Positions 33,973 to 42,125 of a stretch of DNA of 56,914 nucleotides are shown piece after piece. The position numbers and the translations under genes are program-made. This DNA comes from an uncultured Gammaproteobacteria bacterium (GTDB lineage Bacteria > Actinomycetota > Acidimicrobiia > Spongiisociales > SHLN01): positions 1 through 56,914 of the forward strand of contig CAXMOO010000089.1 in the NCBI GenBank assembly GCA_964195005.1, written 5' to 3'. Each line of letters begins with the position of its first letter. Position 1 is the stretch's first letter. The notes beneath the pieces are model-generated. The model was given only the letters and a program-made list of their open reading frames with translations. It made no database searches and was not told the origin of the DNA.

Positions 33973-35303
33973 GCGAGGCGCAAAGTGTCGGTCACCAGCG
34001 AATCGTCGGTCGGATCCACTGCCCGCAGGTCGAGTAGCAACGCCCCTTCGTGACGGCGGGAGACAATCGCTACCTGTGCGGTCAGCAGGCGCATCCACAC
34101 ACCGTTGACGTCGGAATGCTCCACGCGAATAACCGGGCTTGGTATCACCTGGTGTGGCACCGAGCCGGCCCCAACCACCGACTCGCCGGCCGTGACCCGG
34201 CCGGTGCCCGCTTTGGCAACTATCGCGGCGGCTCGCTCCTCCAACTCGGCGAAGGGCTTGGCCACCATCGCCCAGAAAGGAACTTCGCCGCCGCGGCCAT
34301 CCGCGTACAGCTCGAGCGTGCGGGTCAAGCCGGCCAGGGTGGAGCCGTCGCAGCGCAAGGCTCGTGCCACGGGATGCCGGGCCATCCGCTTCACTAGGTC
34401 GGCGGTGCCGGCGATGATTCCTGCCTGGGGGCCGCCGAGCAACTTGTCACCGGAGAAGAGGACCAGGTCGGCACCGCTACTCACGGTTTGCCGCACTGCA
34501 GGCTCGCCGGCGAGCCACGGCGGCGGGGGGCCCTCCAGCCAGGGGGCTTCTCCATCGAGCAAACCGCTGCCCACGTCGGCGACGAGAGGGAGGTTGTGGC
34601 GGTGGGCAAGTTCAGCCAGATCACCGTAGGAAACTTCCTCAGTAAACCCGACGACCTGATAGTTAGAGGGGTGCACTTTGAGTATCAGGGCCGTTTCTGC
34701 TCCGATCGCATCCTGGTAGTCGTCGAGTCGGGTGCGATTGGTCGTGCCGACCTCCATCAGCCAGGCGCCGGAAGCTGCCATCAGTTCGGGGAGGCGGAAT
34801 GAGCCTCCGATCTCGATCAACTCGCCGCGCGAGACCACCACCTGGAGCTCGTTGGCAAGAGCCGTTAGTGCTAGGAACAGCGCTCCGGAGTTGTTGTTGA
34901 CCACCAGGGCATCTTCGGCTCCGGTCATCTGGGCTACGAGGTGTCTGGCGTATGCCGACCGGTTGCCCCGCTTACCTCCCGCGAGGTCGAACTCCAGGTT
35001 GCTGTAGCCGGTGAGCGACTCTTGCGCCGCGGCCGCGGCCGCCGGATGGACCGGGGCGCGGCCCAGGTTGGTGTTGAGTAAGACACCGGTGGCGTTGATG
35101 AGACGGGTGGGACGCATCCGCCCCAACCGTGCCAGCTCGATACGAGCCAGGTCGGCGGGATCGGGAGACTCGCCGTCCTCGATGAGGCGGCGCGACTCTG
35201 TGATTGCCTGCCTGGCAACCTCTACTGTTACCGCTCTTGCCCAACCGACATCCGCCAGGCTCGAGGAAAGCTCGTCGACCGACGGCAGTTCGCGCAAATC
35301 CAT
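33960..35303 (-). CDS. selA: L-seryl-tRNA(Sec) selenium transferase SelA
   Basis: 447 aa. LPSVDEL..., INATGVLLNTNLGRAP, NNNSGALFL and the PLP-Lys motif FSGDKLLGGPQAGII are present. Confidence 0.92.
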   Translation of the reverse strand: MDLRELPSVDELSSSLADVGWARAVTVEVARQAITESRRLIEDGESPDPADLARIELARLGRMRPTRLINATGVLLNTNLGRAPVHPAAAAAAQESLTGYSNLEFDLAGGKRGNRSAYARHLVAQMTGAEDALVVNNNSGALFLALTALANELQVVVSRGELIEIGGSFRLPELMAASGAWLMEVGTTNRTRLDDYQDAIGAETALILKVHPSNYQVVGFTEEVSYGDLAELAHRHNLPLVADVGSGLLDGEAPWLEGPPPPWLAGEPAVRQTVSSGADLVLFSGDKLLGGPQAGIIAGTADLVKRMARHPVARALRCDGSTLAGLTRTLELYADGRGGEVPFWAMVAKPFAELEERAAAIVAKAGTGRVTAGESVVGAGSVPHQVIPSPVIRVEHSDVNGVWMRLLTAQVAIVSRRHEGALLLDLRAVDPTDDSLVTDTLRLACRS

Positions 35304-35365
35304 GCAGCCAGGTTACGTCAGCCGCCGGGATTCGGTCCATGGGGTGCGGCTACGCTGCCTGGGCA

Positions 35366-37135
35366 ATGCGCTTCTGCTTCGATGACCAGCGGCCCGGCAG
35401 GGAAAAGCACTTCGGCTTTTCCGAGCCGCGCGAAGTGTTATGTGCCGGCGACCTATCCGAGGTGGTTGACGCGGTAGCGGCGGCCGAGCAACGCGCCTCC
35501 GGGGGACACTGGGTGGCCGGCTTTGTCGCATACGAAGCAGCTCCCGCTTTCGATCCGGCGCTGGTAGCCCATCCGGCAGTCAACGGCCTTCCCCTGGTCT
35601 GGTTTGGAGTTTTCGACGAGCGGCTTGATGTCTCCGGCTCAGGCCCTGCGGGCCAATACGAGCTCTCGGAGTGGGTACCCAACGTGGATCGAGCTTCTTA
35701 CAGCGAGTCCATCGCCACCATCCACCGTCATATCGCCGCCGGGGACACGTATCAGGTGAATCACACCCTGCGGCTCCGGGGCCGCTTTCGAGGCGATCCG
35801 ATGGTTGCGTATCGTCGGTTGATTTCGGCGCAGAGTGGGGGGTTCGGTGCCTACCTCGACATCGGCAGTCACGTGGTCATGTCGGCCAGCCCGGAGTTGT
35901 TCTTCCGCTGGGAAACGGATGCGCTCGTGACCCGCCCGATGAAAGGAACAATTCGCCGCGGGCGCTGGCAGGAGGAAGACGTCCGGCAGGCCGAGCTTCT
36001 CTCCCGGTCCGGCAAGGATCGAGCCGAGAACCTGATGATCGTCGACTTGTTACGCAACGACCTCGGCCGGGTTGCCGAGTTCGGGTCTGTGGAGGTAGAC
36101 GAGCTGTTTGCTCTGGAACGGTATGACACGCTCTGGCAGATGACTTCGACCATCAAGGCCACGCCCCGGCCTGATGTCGGCCTGGTTGATGTGTTCCGGG
36201 CTCTCTTCCCTTCGGGCTCGGTAACCGGGGCTCCCAAGGTGCGCACCACAGAAATCATCCGGGAGCTGGAGCCGGATCCGCGCGGTGTCTACTGCGGGGC
36301 AGTGGGGGTTTTGGCCCCGCCCGGCTCCGATGAGCCCCCGGCCCAGTTCAGTGTTGCCATCCGCACGCTGGTGATGGACCGGGAGGCGGGCACCGCAGAG
36401 TACGGCACCGGCGGGGGAATCACCTGGGAGTCCGAAGCCGGGGGCGAATACGAGGAGGCGATGTTGAAGGCCGAAGTGCTCACTCATGTCCGCCCACCCT
36501 TTTCTCTCCTCGAAACTATGCACTGGAGCCCGGATGGCGTGACTCGCCGGTCCCGGCATCTTGTCAGGCTGTCAACTTCGGCCGACTTCTTCGGTTACCC
36601 GCTCGATCTGAAGCAGGTCGAGAAGGCCCTCGACGGAATCTCCGGCGACAGCGAGCAGGCTGTGCGGCTCTCGCTCGCCGCCGACGGAGAAATTGGGCTC
36701 GAGTGCGGCCCGCTACCGGAATCCACCGGCTTTGTCCGGTTGGCGGTGGACACTGAGACAGTTGACCTTAAAGACATCTTTCTCTATCACAAGACCACCA
36801 ATCGGAGGCTCTACCAGGATTCCGCCGCGCGGTTTCCCCAAGCGGATGAAGTGGTCCTGGTCAACCCGGACGGCAACGTGACAGAAACGACGATCAGCAA
36901 CCTCGCGGCCCGCTTCGGGACGGTCTGGCTCACCCCGCCGCTCACCGACGGCTGTTTGCCGGGCACCTACCGCTCCGAATTGGTTTCGCAGGCGAAGGTC
37001 AGCGAGGCTTCGATATCGGTCGAGCGCCTCCTGGCCGCCGACGAGGTTGCCGTGCTCAACTCCCTGCGGGGTTGGCGGTCGGCATCGGTAATGATCCCCT
37101 CCCCACAACTCCTCCCCCTGGGGTGCGGGGATTAG
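35366..37135 (+). CDS. pabB: aminodeoxychorismate synthase component I fused to an aminodeoxychorismate lyase-like (class IV aminotransferase fold) domain
   Basis: The N-terminal part carries chorismate-binding motifs (SPELFF.W...RPMKGT..RG..., ...DRAENLMIVDL.RND., GSVTGAPK, YCGAVG). The C-terminal roughly 200 aa reads ...FLYHKTTNRRLY...ADEVVLVNPDGNVTETTISNL...WLTPPL..GCLPGT.R. The start is ATG 35366 or 35339. Confidence 0.85.
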   Translation: MRFCFDDQRPGREKHFGFSEPREVLCAGDLSEVVDAVAAAEQRASGGHWVAGFVAYEAAPAFDPALVAHPAVNGLPLVWFGVFDERLDVSGSGPAGQYELSEWVPNVDRASYSESIATIHRHIAAGDTYQVNHTLRLRGRFRGDPMVAYRRLISAQSGGFGAYLDIGSHVVMSASPELFFRWETDALVTRPMKGTIRRGRWQEEDVRQAELLSRSGKDRAENLMIVDLLRNDLGRVAEFGSVEVDELFALERYDTLWQMTSTIKATPRPDVGLVDVFRALFPSGSVTGAPKVRTTEIIRELEPDPRGVYCGAVGVLAPPGSDEPPAQFSVAIRTLVMDREAGTAEYGTGGGITWESEAGGEYEEAMLKAEVLTHVRPPFSLLETMHWSPDGVTRRSRHLVRLSTSADFFGYPLDLKQVEKALDGISGDSEQAVRLSLAADGEIGLECGPLPESTGFVRLAVDTETVDLKDIFLYHKTTNRRLYQDSAARFPQADEVVLVNPDGNVTETTISNLAARFGTVWLTPPLTDGCLPGTYRSELVSQAKVSEASISVERLLAADEVAVLNSLRGWRSASVMIPSPQLLPLGCGD

Positions 37136-37140
37136 CTCCT

Positions 37141-37213
37141 CTCCCACTCCGCTCCGAAGACTCCCCTCCGCAGGAGGGGATTTGCTGACTGCTGGCTGCG
37201 CTCCCACTCCGCC
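37141..37213 (+). repeat. structured G/C-rich repeat (family 3), copy 2, plus a partial internal repeat
   Basis: ctcccactccgctccgaagactcccctccgcaggaggggat is similar to 19920..19959. ctcccactccgc recurs at 37201..37212. gctcctctcccac is also shared with 19670..19682. Confidence 0.6.
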
Positions 37214-37236
37214 CGAGGGGTCGCGACAATAAGCGG

Positions 37237-37998
37237 ATGGACGTCACCCGCATTGTCGCTCCCAACCCGGGACCCTTTACCGGCGCGGGGACAAATTCGT
37301 ACATCGTGACCTCGGGCTCGGAGGCTCTGATAGTCGACCCCGGCCCCCTGATTTCATCGCATTTGGACGCTTTGCGGGCGAGTCTCGTGGGACTAGACAC
37401 GGTGGGGATAGCCGTCACCCATCATCACCAGGATCACGCCCCGGCCGCCAACCCTCTGGCCGCCGAATTGGGTGTCGTCACCTACGGTTTTGGGGACTTC
37501 GGGGGCTTTCAAGCAATCTCGCCGATTGCCGATGGAGAAATAATTCACATAGGGAATGAGGCGGTCACGGTGATCAGTTCGCCAGGGCATACCCCGGATT
37601 CGCTGTGCTTTCTGGCCGAAGATGCCCTCTTTGCCGGAGACACCGTGATGTCGGGCTCCACGGTCGTGGTCGATGACATGACCGCGTATATGGCGACGCT
37701 CGAGCGCCTGGCCGCCCTGGCTGTTGAGGAGATCTACCCCGGCCATGGCGAGCCGATCCACGGCGGGCCTGCTGTCATCGCGGCCTACATTGCCCACCGG
37801 CAGGAAAGGGAGAGCCAAATCGTGGCGGCCCTCGCCGCCGAGGCCCACTCGCTCGACAGGATCATCGCCGTGGTCTACGGCGATATTGACCCGGCTTTGC
37901 GGCCTCTGGCTCGCCAGTCGGCGCTGGCCCACCTCCACAAGCTGGTCGAGGAAGGCCGGGCGGCACTAGACGGTGACGTTTGGAGATCGTTGCTATGA
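37237..37998 (+). CDS. MBL fold metallo-hydrolase
   Basis: 253 aa. The metal-binding motif is VTHHHQDHAP. The pattern is glyoxalase II/hydroxyacylglutathione hydrolase-like (...SPGHTPDS..., ...PGHG). Confidence 0.85.
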   Translation: MDVTRIVAPNPGPFTGAGTNSYIVTSGSEALIVDPGPLISSHLDALRASLVGLDTVGIAVTHHHQDHAPAANPLAAELGVVTYGFGDFGGFQAISPIADGEIIHIGNEAVTVISSPGHTPDSLCFLAEDALFAGDTVMSGSTVVVDDMTAYMATLERLAALAVEEIYPGHGEPIHGGPAVIAAYIAHRQERESQIVAALAAEAHSLDRIIAVVYGDIDPALRPLARQSALAHLHKLVEEGRAALDGDVWRSLL

Positions 37999-39158
37999 GA
38001 CGCTCTCTGGCCGTTGTCTTCGCAGTGAGTGTGCTTGGGCTCACCGTGGTCGCTCCGGCCGCGGCCAGTCTCGAAGACGACCTGCGCGAGGCCCGACTGG
38101 AGTTGCAGTCCGCCGTCACCGACCTGGAGGCGGCCACCTGGGATCACCGGATCGCGTCTGACACCGGGGGCCTGATGCAGTTCGAGCATGACGAACTGTT
38201 GGAGGATGCCGCCCTTCTCACTTTCGACTACGAGGCGAGTCGAGATACTGCCTTGGCCCGTTCCCTGGAGGTGTACCACGGGCCGGCCGGGACTACCTGG
38301 GCAGAGCGCTCAGTGGCTGGTGTCTATTTGGAGGCCGCCCTTGTCGCCGACCGTGAGACCCTTCTTGCCAAGGCCGGCAGCGTGCGGGTGATGGATGAGT
38401 ACCTCGAGCAGATGCAGGCGGAGATCGACGCGTACGAGGCGGCCGCGGTGGAGGCCGAGACCCGGATGACCGAGCTGGCCGAGGATTTGGAGAGGCTCGA
38501 GGTCGTTGTGGCCGAGATCTCCACGGCCTACGAGGCCGAAGCGGCGTACAACGCCACCACCACGACTACGACGACCACCACGACCACCACCGTTCCATCT
38601 ACGACCACCACCACTGTTCCATCTACCACGACCACGACGACCGTGGGAACCGGAACAACCACCACCACTGTGCCGGACACGGGGCCGACTACAACGACCA
38701 CGACGACCCCCACTACTACGACCACCACGACTCTGCCTCCGCCGGTGGTTCTCGATGGCATGACATGCCCGGTGGCAGGGCCGGTCCACTTCATCGACAG
38801 TTTCGGCGCTCCCCGGTCTGGAGGCCGCACCCATCAAGGAGTCGACATGATGGCGGATCGCGGCACACCACTTGTTGCCATCGAATCGGGAACGATCGGA
38901 CGTCTCAACAACGGCGGCCTGGGCGGCATCACCATCTGGTTCCATGGCGACGGAGGGGACCAGTACTACTACGCGCACCTGGATGATTGGTCGCCCGGTC
39001 TCGCTGCGGGCCAGCACGTCGACGTCGGCACTCTGGTCGGCTATGTCGGCAGCACCGGTAATGCCCCCGACGCCTACCCCCACAATCACTTCGAGATTCA
39101 TCCCGATGGGGGAGCGGCGATCAATCCCTACCCCACGGTCGCCGCCCTCTGCCTGTAG
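37995..39158 (+). CDS. secreted M23 family metallopeptidase with coiled-coil and poly-Thr linker
   Basis: The ATG at 37995 overlaps the upstream stop (ATGA). The signal peptide is MRRSLAVVFAVSVLGLTVVAPAAAS. The M23 motifs are HQGVDM...YAHL...GSTGNAPDAYPHNHFEI. Confidence 0.88.
   Translation: MRRSLAVVFAVSVLGLTVVAPAAASLEDDLREARLELQSAVTDLEAATWDHRIASDTGGLMQFEHDELLEDAALLTFDYEASRDTALARSLEVYHGPAGTTWAERSVAGVYLEAALVADRETLLAKAGSVRVMDEYLEQMQAEIDAYEAAAVEAETRMTELAEDLERLEVVVAEISTAYEAEAAYNATTTTTTTTTTTTVPSTTTTTVPSTTTTTTVGTGTTTTTVPDTGPTTTTTTTPTTTTTTTLPPPVVLDGMTCPVAGPVHFIDSFGAPRSGGRTHQGVDMMADRGTPLVAIESGTIGRLNNGGLGGITIWFHGDGGDQYYYAHLDDWSPGLAAGQHVDVGTLVGYVGSTGNAPDAYPHNHFEIHPDGGAAINPYPTVAALCL
38556..38732 (+). 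repeat. low-complexity Thr-codon tract (ACC/ACG/ACT) with internal repeats of accaccaccRttccatctac
   Basis: It encodes TTTTTTTTTTTTVPSTTTTTVPSTTTTTTVGTGTTTTTVPDTGPTTTTTTTPTTTTTTT. Confidence 0.85.
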
Positions 39159-39217
39159 GACACCATGACCTCGAATACTTCTGAGATCCTGCCGGACCGT
39201 CCCGGTAGCCTGGAGTC

Positions 39218-40546
39218 GTGGCGCAGACTCGATATGCCAAGAGCGGTGAAATCAACATTGCCTACCAGGTCATCGGTGAGGGGCCGCCCGATCTCGTCTA
39301 CGTACCCGGCTGGGTAACCAACGTCGAGGTCATGTGGGAGGAGCCGGGTCTTACGCGCTTTCTCGAACGGTTGGCCTCGTTTTCGCGAACGATCACCTTC
39401 GATAAGCGAGGTATCGGCCTATCAGACCCGGTGCCGATTGGCGAGCTACCCGATCTCGACACCAGAGTGGAGGACTTGGGAGCAGTTATGGACGCGGCAC
39501 AGTCCGCACGGGCAACTCTCTTTGGCCACTCAGAGGGCGGAAGCACCGCTCTGGCATTCGCAGCGCGGTATCCGGAACGAATCGACCGCCTGATCCTGTT
39601 CGGCAGTTACGCCAAACGGCTCCGCTCCGATGACTACCCGTGGGCCCCGACGATGGAGGAACGGCTAGCCCAGTCGGAAGCCCACGAGCAAAGCTGGGGA
39701 GACCCGATCAAGATCGCCGAGTATTACGCGCCAAGTCGTGCCGACGATCAAGCCTTCATCGAATGGGTCGGTCGCTGGCTGCGTCTCTCGGCCAGCCCCA
39801 AAGCCGCTGCTGCCCTGAACAACGCATCTTCCTATATCGACGTGACCGATGTGCTGTCAGACATTCGGGCCCCGACGTTGCTGCTCTACCGACTCGAGGA
39901 CCAGGACGTAAAGATTGAGGAAGGCCGCTACATCGCTTCGAAGATCCCGGACGCGACACTGGTTGAGCTCCACGGTGTGGACCACTTCTTCTGGTCAGGA
40001 GACACCGAGCCTATCTTGCAAGAGATCGAGGAGTTCGTCACCGGATACCGGGCCGCCGCGGTCCCCCAACGAATCCTGGCGACTGTCCTGTTCACCGACA
40101 TTGTGGAATCGACGGATTTGGCTGCCTCCATTGGCGATACGCGCTGGCGCGACCTCATCGACCGGCATAACAGCGTTGTTCGGAGCGAACTGGCGAAATG
40201 GCGCGGTCAGGAGGTGAACACGACCGGCGACGGCTTCCTCGCGACGTTCGTGAACCCGGCGCAAGCCATTCGTTGCGCCCACGCGATTGCTGATCGAGTC
40301 CGGCCGCTCGGAATCGAGGTCCGCTGCGGCATTCACACTGGCGAGATCGAGATTATGGACAATGATGTTGCCGGGCTGGCAGTGCACATCGGGGCCCGCA
40401 TCGGCGCGATGGCTGAGACGGGAGGGGTGCTGGTCTCGAGAACGGTGAAGGACATCCTCGCCGGCGCCGGGTTCGATTTTGAAAGCCGGGGGACCCACTC
40501 TCTCAAGGGAGTGCCCGACGAGTGGGAATTGTTTTCCGTTACCTGA
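39218..40546 (+). CDS. alpha/beta hydrolase domain fused to a class III adenylate/guanylate cyclase domain
   Basis: 442 aa. The N-terminal hydrolase has the nucleophile elbow (FGHSEGG). The C-terminal cyclase reads ILATVLFTDIVESTDLA...TTGDGFLATF...IRCGIHTGEIE...GLAVHIGARI. Confidence 0.88.
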   Translation: MAQTRYAKSGEINIAYQVIGEGPPDLVYVPGWVTNVEVMWEEPGLTRFLERLASFSRTITFDKRGIGLSDPVPIGELPDLDTRVEDLGAVMDAAQSARATLFGHSEGGSTALAFAARYPERIDRLILFGSYAKRLRSDDYPWAPTMEERLAQSEAHEQSWGDPIKIAEYYAPSRADDQAFIEWVGRWLRLSASPKAAAALNNASSYIDVTDVLSDIRAPTLLLYRLEDQDVKIEEGRYIASKIPDATLVELHGVDHFFWSGDTEPILQEIEEFVTGYRAAAVPQRILATVLFTDIVESTDLAASIGDTRWRDLIDRHNSVVRSELAKWRGQEVNTTGDGFLATFVNPAQAIRCAHAIADRVRPLGIEVRCGIHTGEIEIMDNDVAGLAVHIGARIGAMAETGGVLVSRTVKDILAGAGFDFESRGTHSLKGVPDEWELFSVT

Positions 40547-40564
40547 TCCGCCTGGTGGATCAGG
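40542..40564. terminator. hairpin between convergent genes, including the cyclase stop codon
   Basis: CCTGATC-cgcctggtg-GATCAGG forms a 7-bp stem. Confidence 0.4.
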
Positions 40565-40567
40565 CAA

Positions 40568-42064
40568 TCAGTCGCCGCTGAACAACTGGGCTCTCACGGC
40601 CCCTTTCGGGTATTGGGTGGTTCTGATTTCGAGGTAGTAGTCGAACGGGGCGGCGATGATCATCGTCGTGACGAAAATGGGGTTGGCACCAACGCATCCT
40701 GTGCCGTCCCCGCCGAAGGTCAGGTTGACCACCCGGGGACCTCTGGCACCTTCGACAGCGTTGCGGAGAAGAACCGAGGAGACATTGCCCAGCCGTTGTG
40801 CCTCATACGAGGTGATGCAGACCCGACCGTTCGTCACCACCTCCAGCTCGATCTCGACGAAGGCGTCGGCATCCCCGTTGCCGGCAGGGACCACTCTGGC
40901 CCCGACCAGGCCCAGGTCCCATTGGCGCCGCTCGGCCAGCTGGCCCCGGAGTGCGCCACCGGGGAACTCAGCGTTGTGGAGGTTCAAGTAGTAGGTCTGC
41001 GGCTCATCGAGGATCTCCCGTGCCAGCTGCTCGGTGGTGGAGACACAGCCCGCCAGGCCGTTGCCGGGAAGGTTGAGGTCGACTTCTATTGGCCCGGCCA
41101 GGCCGGCCGCCCCAGTGTGGATATGGGCCTGGGTGAGTCCCGAGACTCCGCCCACTTGCAGTTCGTAACAGACCTCTCCCGAACCAGTGATTCCAATGGT
41201 GGCCAATCCCGATCCGTCGGAATCGCCCGGAGCCGGTGCCTCGGCAGCCCCGGACAGCTCTAGCTCGAAGGTGGCGGGGGCTCCGGGGATACGGCCGGCC
41301 ACCGGGCGCCAGTCGGCATGGTCAACGATCCGGGTCAGATCAGCGAAGCCCAGGGTGTTTTCGAACCGGAGAAACAGGGTTGAAGCGGACGGCCGCACCA
41401 GTCCTGGCGTGTCGGTCCCGTCGCCGGTCCAATCTCCTGACAACATGATGTCGTTGGGGTCGCCCCAGAAAAACGACAGGTCGGTGTTGGCCACGGCCGG
41501 CACTGACCCGGTTTGGTTGGTCATGTAGACGAGCCCGGTCGATTCCCGGTGTAACCCGACGGTGTCCTTGCCATCCCCGTTGAAGTCCCCGGCGAATGGT
41601 TTGTCGCCCTTCTTCCCGAAGAAGTATTCAATCTCGGCGGGGCCGGTGGTAGTCGCGTTGCGCAAATAGACCTTGCCCTCCGACGGACGGTAGACACCGA
41701 AGCTGTCCTTACCGTCTCCGTCCCAGTCACCGACGATGGGAATGTCGCCCGGGTTCCCCATGAACCAGCTCTCGTCGGCCACACCTGTGTCTCGCGTGTT
41801 ACGAACATACGCGAAGCCACTGGTGGAGCGGTAGAGGCCGGGCGTGTCGGTGCCGTTGCCGTCCCAATCCCCCAGGAAGGGGATGTCATTCTTGACCCCT
41901 TTTTTAATGATACGGCGACCACCGAGAATCCAGCGCCCTGAGGCCGGATTCATGAAGCCGACCTGCTCACCCTGGTCGGCTGCGTTCGCGGCCGAATCGC
42001 CGGTGACCACTACGGTCGTCATCACGACGAATCCGGTCACCATGAGTGTCAAGAATCGAGGCAA
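40568..42064 (-). CDS. secreted protein with FG-GAP/VCBS-like repeats and two CHRD domains
   Basis: 498 aa with a signal peptide. The repeats read LGDWDGNGTDTPGLYRSTSGFAYVRN...GDWDGDGKDSFGVYRP...GDFNGDGKDTVGLHR. The CHRD-like segments are ...AHIHTGAAGLAGPI... and ...YYLEIRTTQYPKGAVRAQL. Confidence 0.8.
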   Translation of the reverse strand: MPRFLTLMVTGFVVMTTVVVTGDSAANAADQGEQVGFMNPASGRWILGGRRIIKKGVKNDIPFLGDWDGNGTDTPGLYRSTSGFAYVRNTRDTGVADESWFMGNPGDIPIVGDWDGDGKDSFGVYRPSEGKVYLRNATTTGPAEIEYFFGKKGDKPFAGDFNGDGKDTVGLHRESTGLVYMTNQTGSVPAVANTDLSFFWGDPNDIMLSGDWTGDGTDTPGLVRPSASTLFLRFENTLGFADLTRIVDHADWRPVAGRIPGAPATFELELSGAAEAPAPGDSDGSGLATIGITGSGEVCYELQVGGVSGLTQAHIHTGAAGLAGPIEVDLNLPGNGLAGCVSTTEQLAREILDEPQTYYLNLHNAEFPGGALRGQLAERRQWDLGLVGARVVPAGNGDADAFVEIELEVVTNGRVCITSYEAQRLGNVSSVLLRNAVEGARGPRVVNLTFGGDGTGCVGANPIFVTTMIIAAPFDYYLEIRTTQYPKGAVRAQLFSGD

Positions 42065-42125
42065 AGCTCCTGTTCCCTTTGTTAGCGTGCCGGCAGGCTA
42101 GCTGATCCTAACCACCTAGCGTGGT

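Noticed and set aside
38556-38732. Checked whether the regularly spaced repeats here, or anywhere else in the window, could be a CRISPR array.
   Set aside because: The repeats are in-frame Thr codons inside a peptidase gene. No array of 25-40 nt repeats with unique spacers exists in the window, and no cas genes are present.
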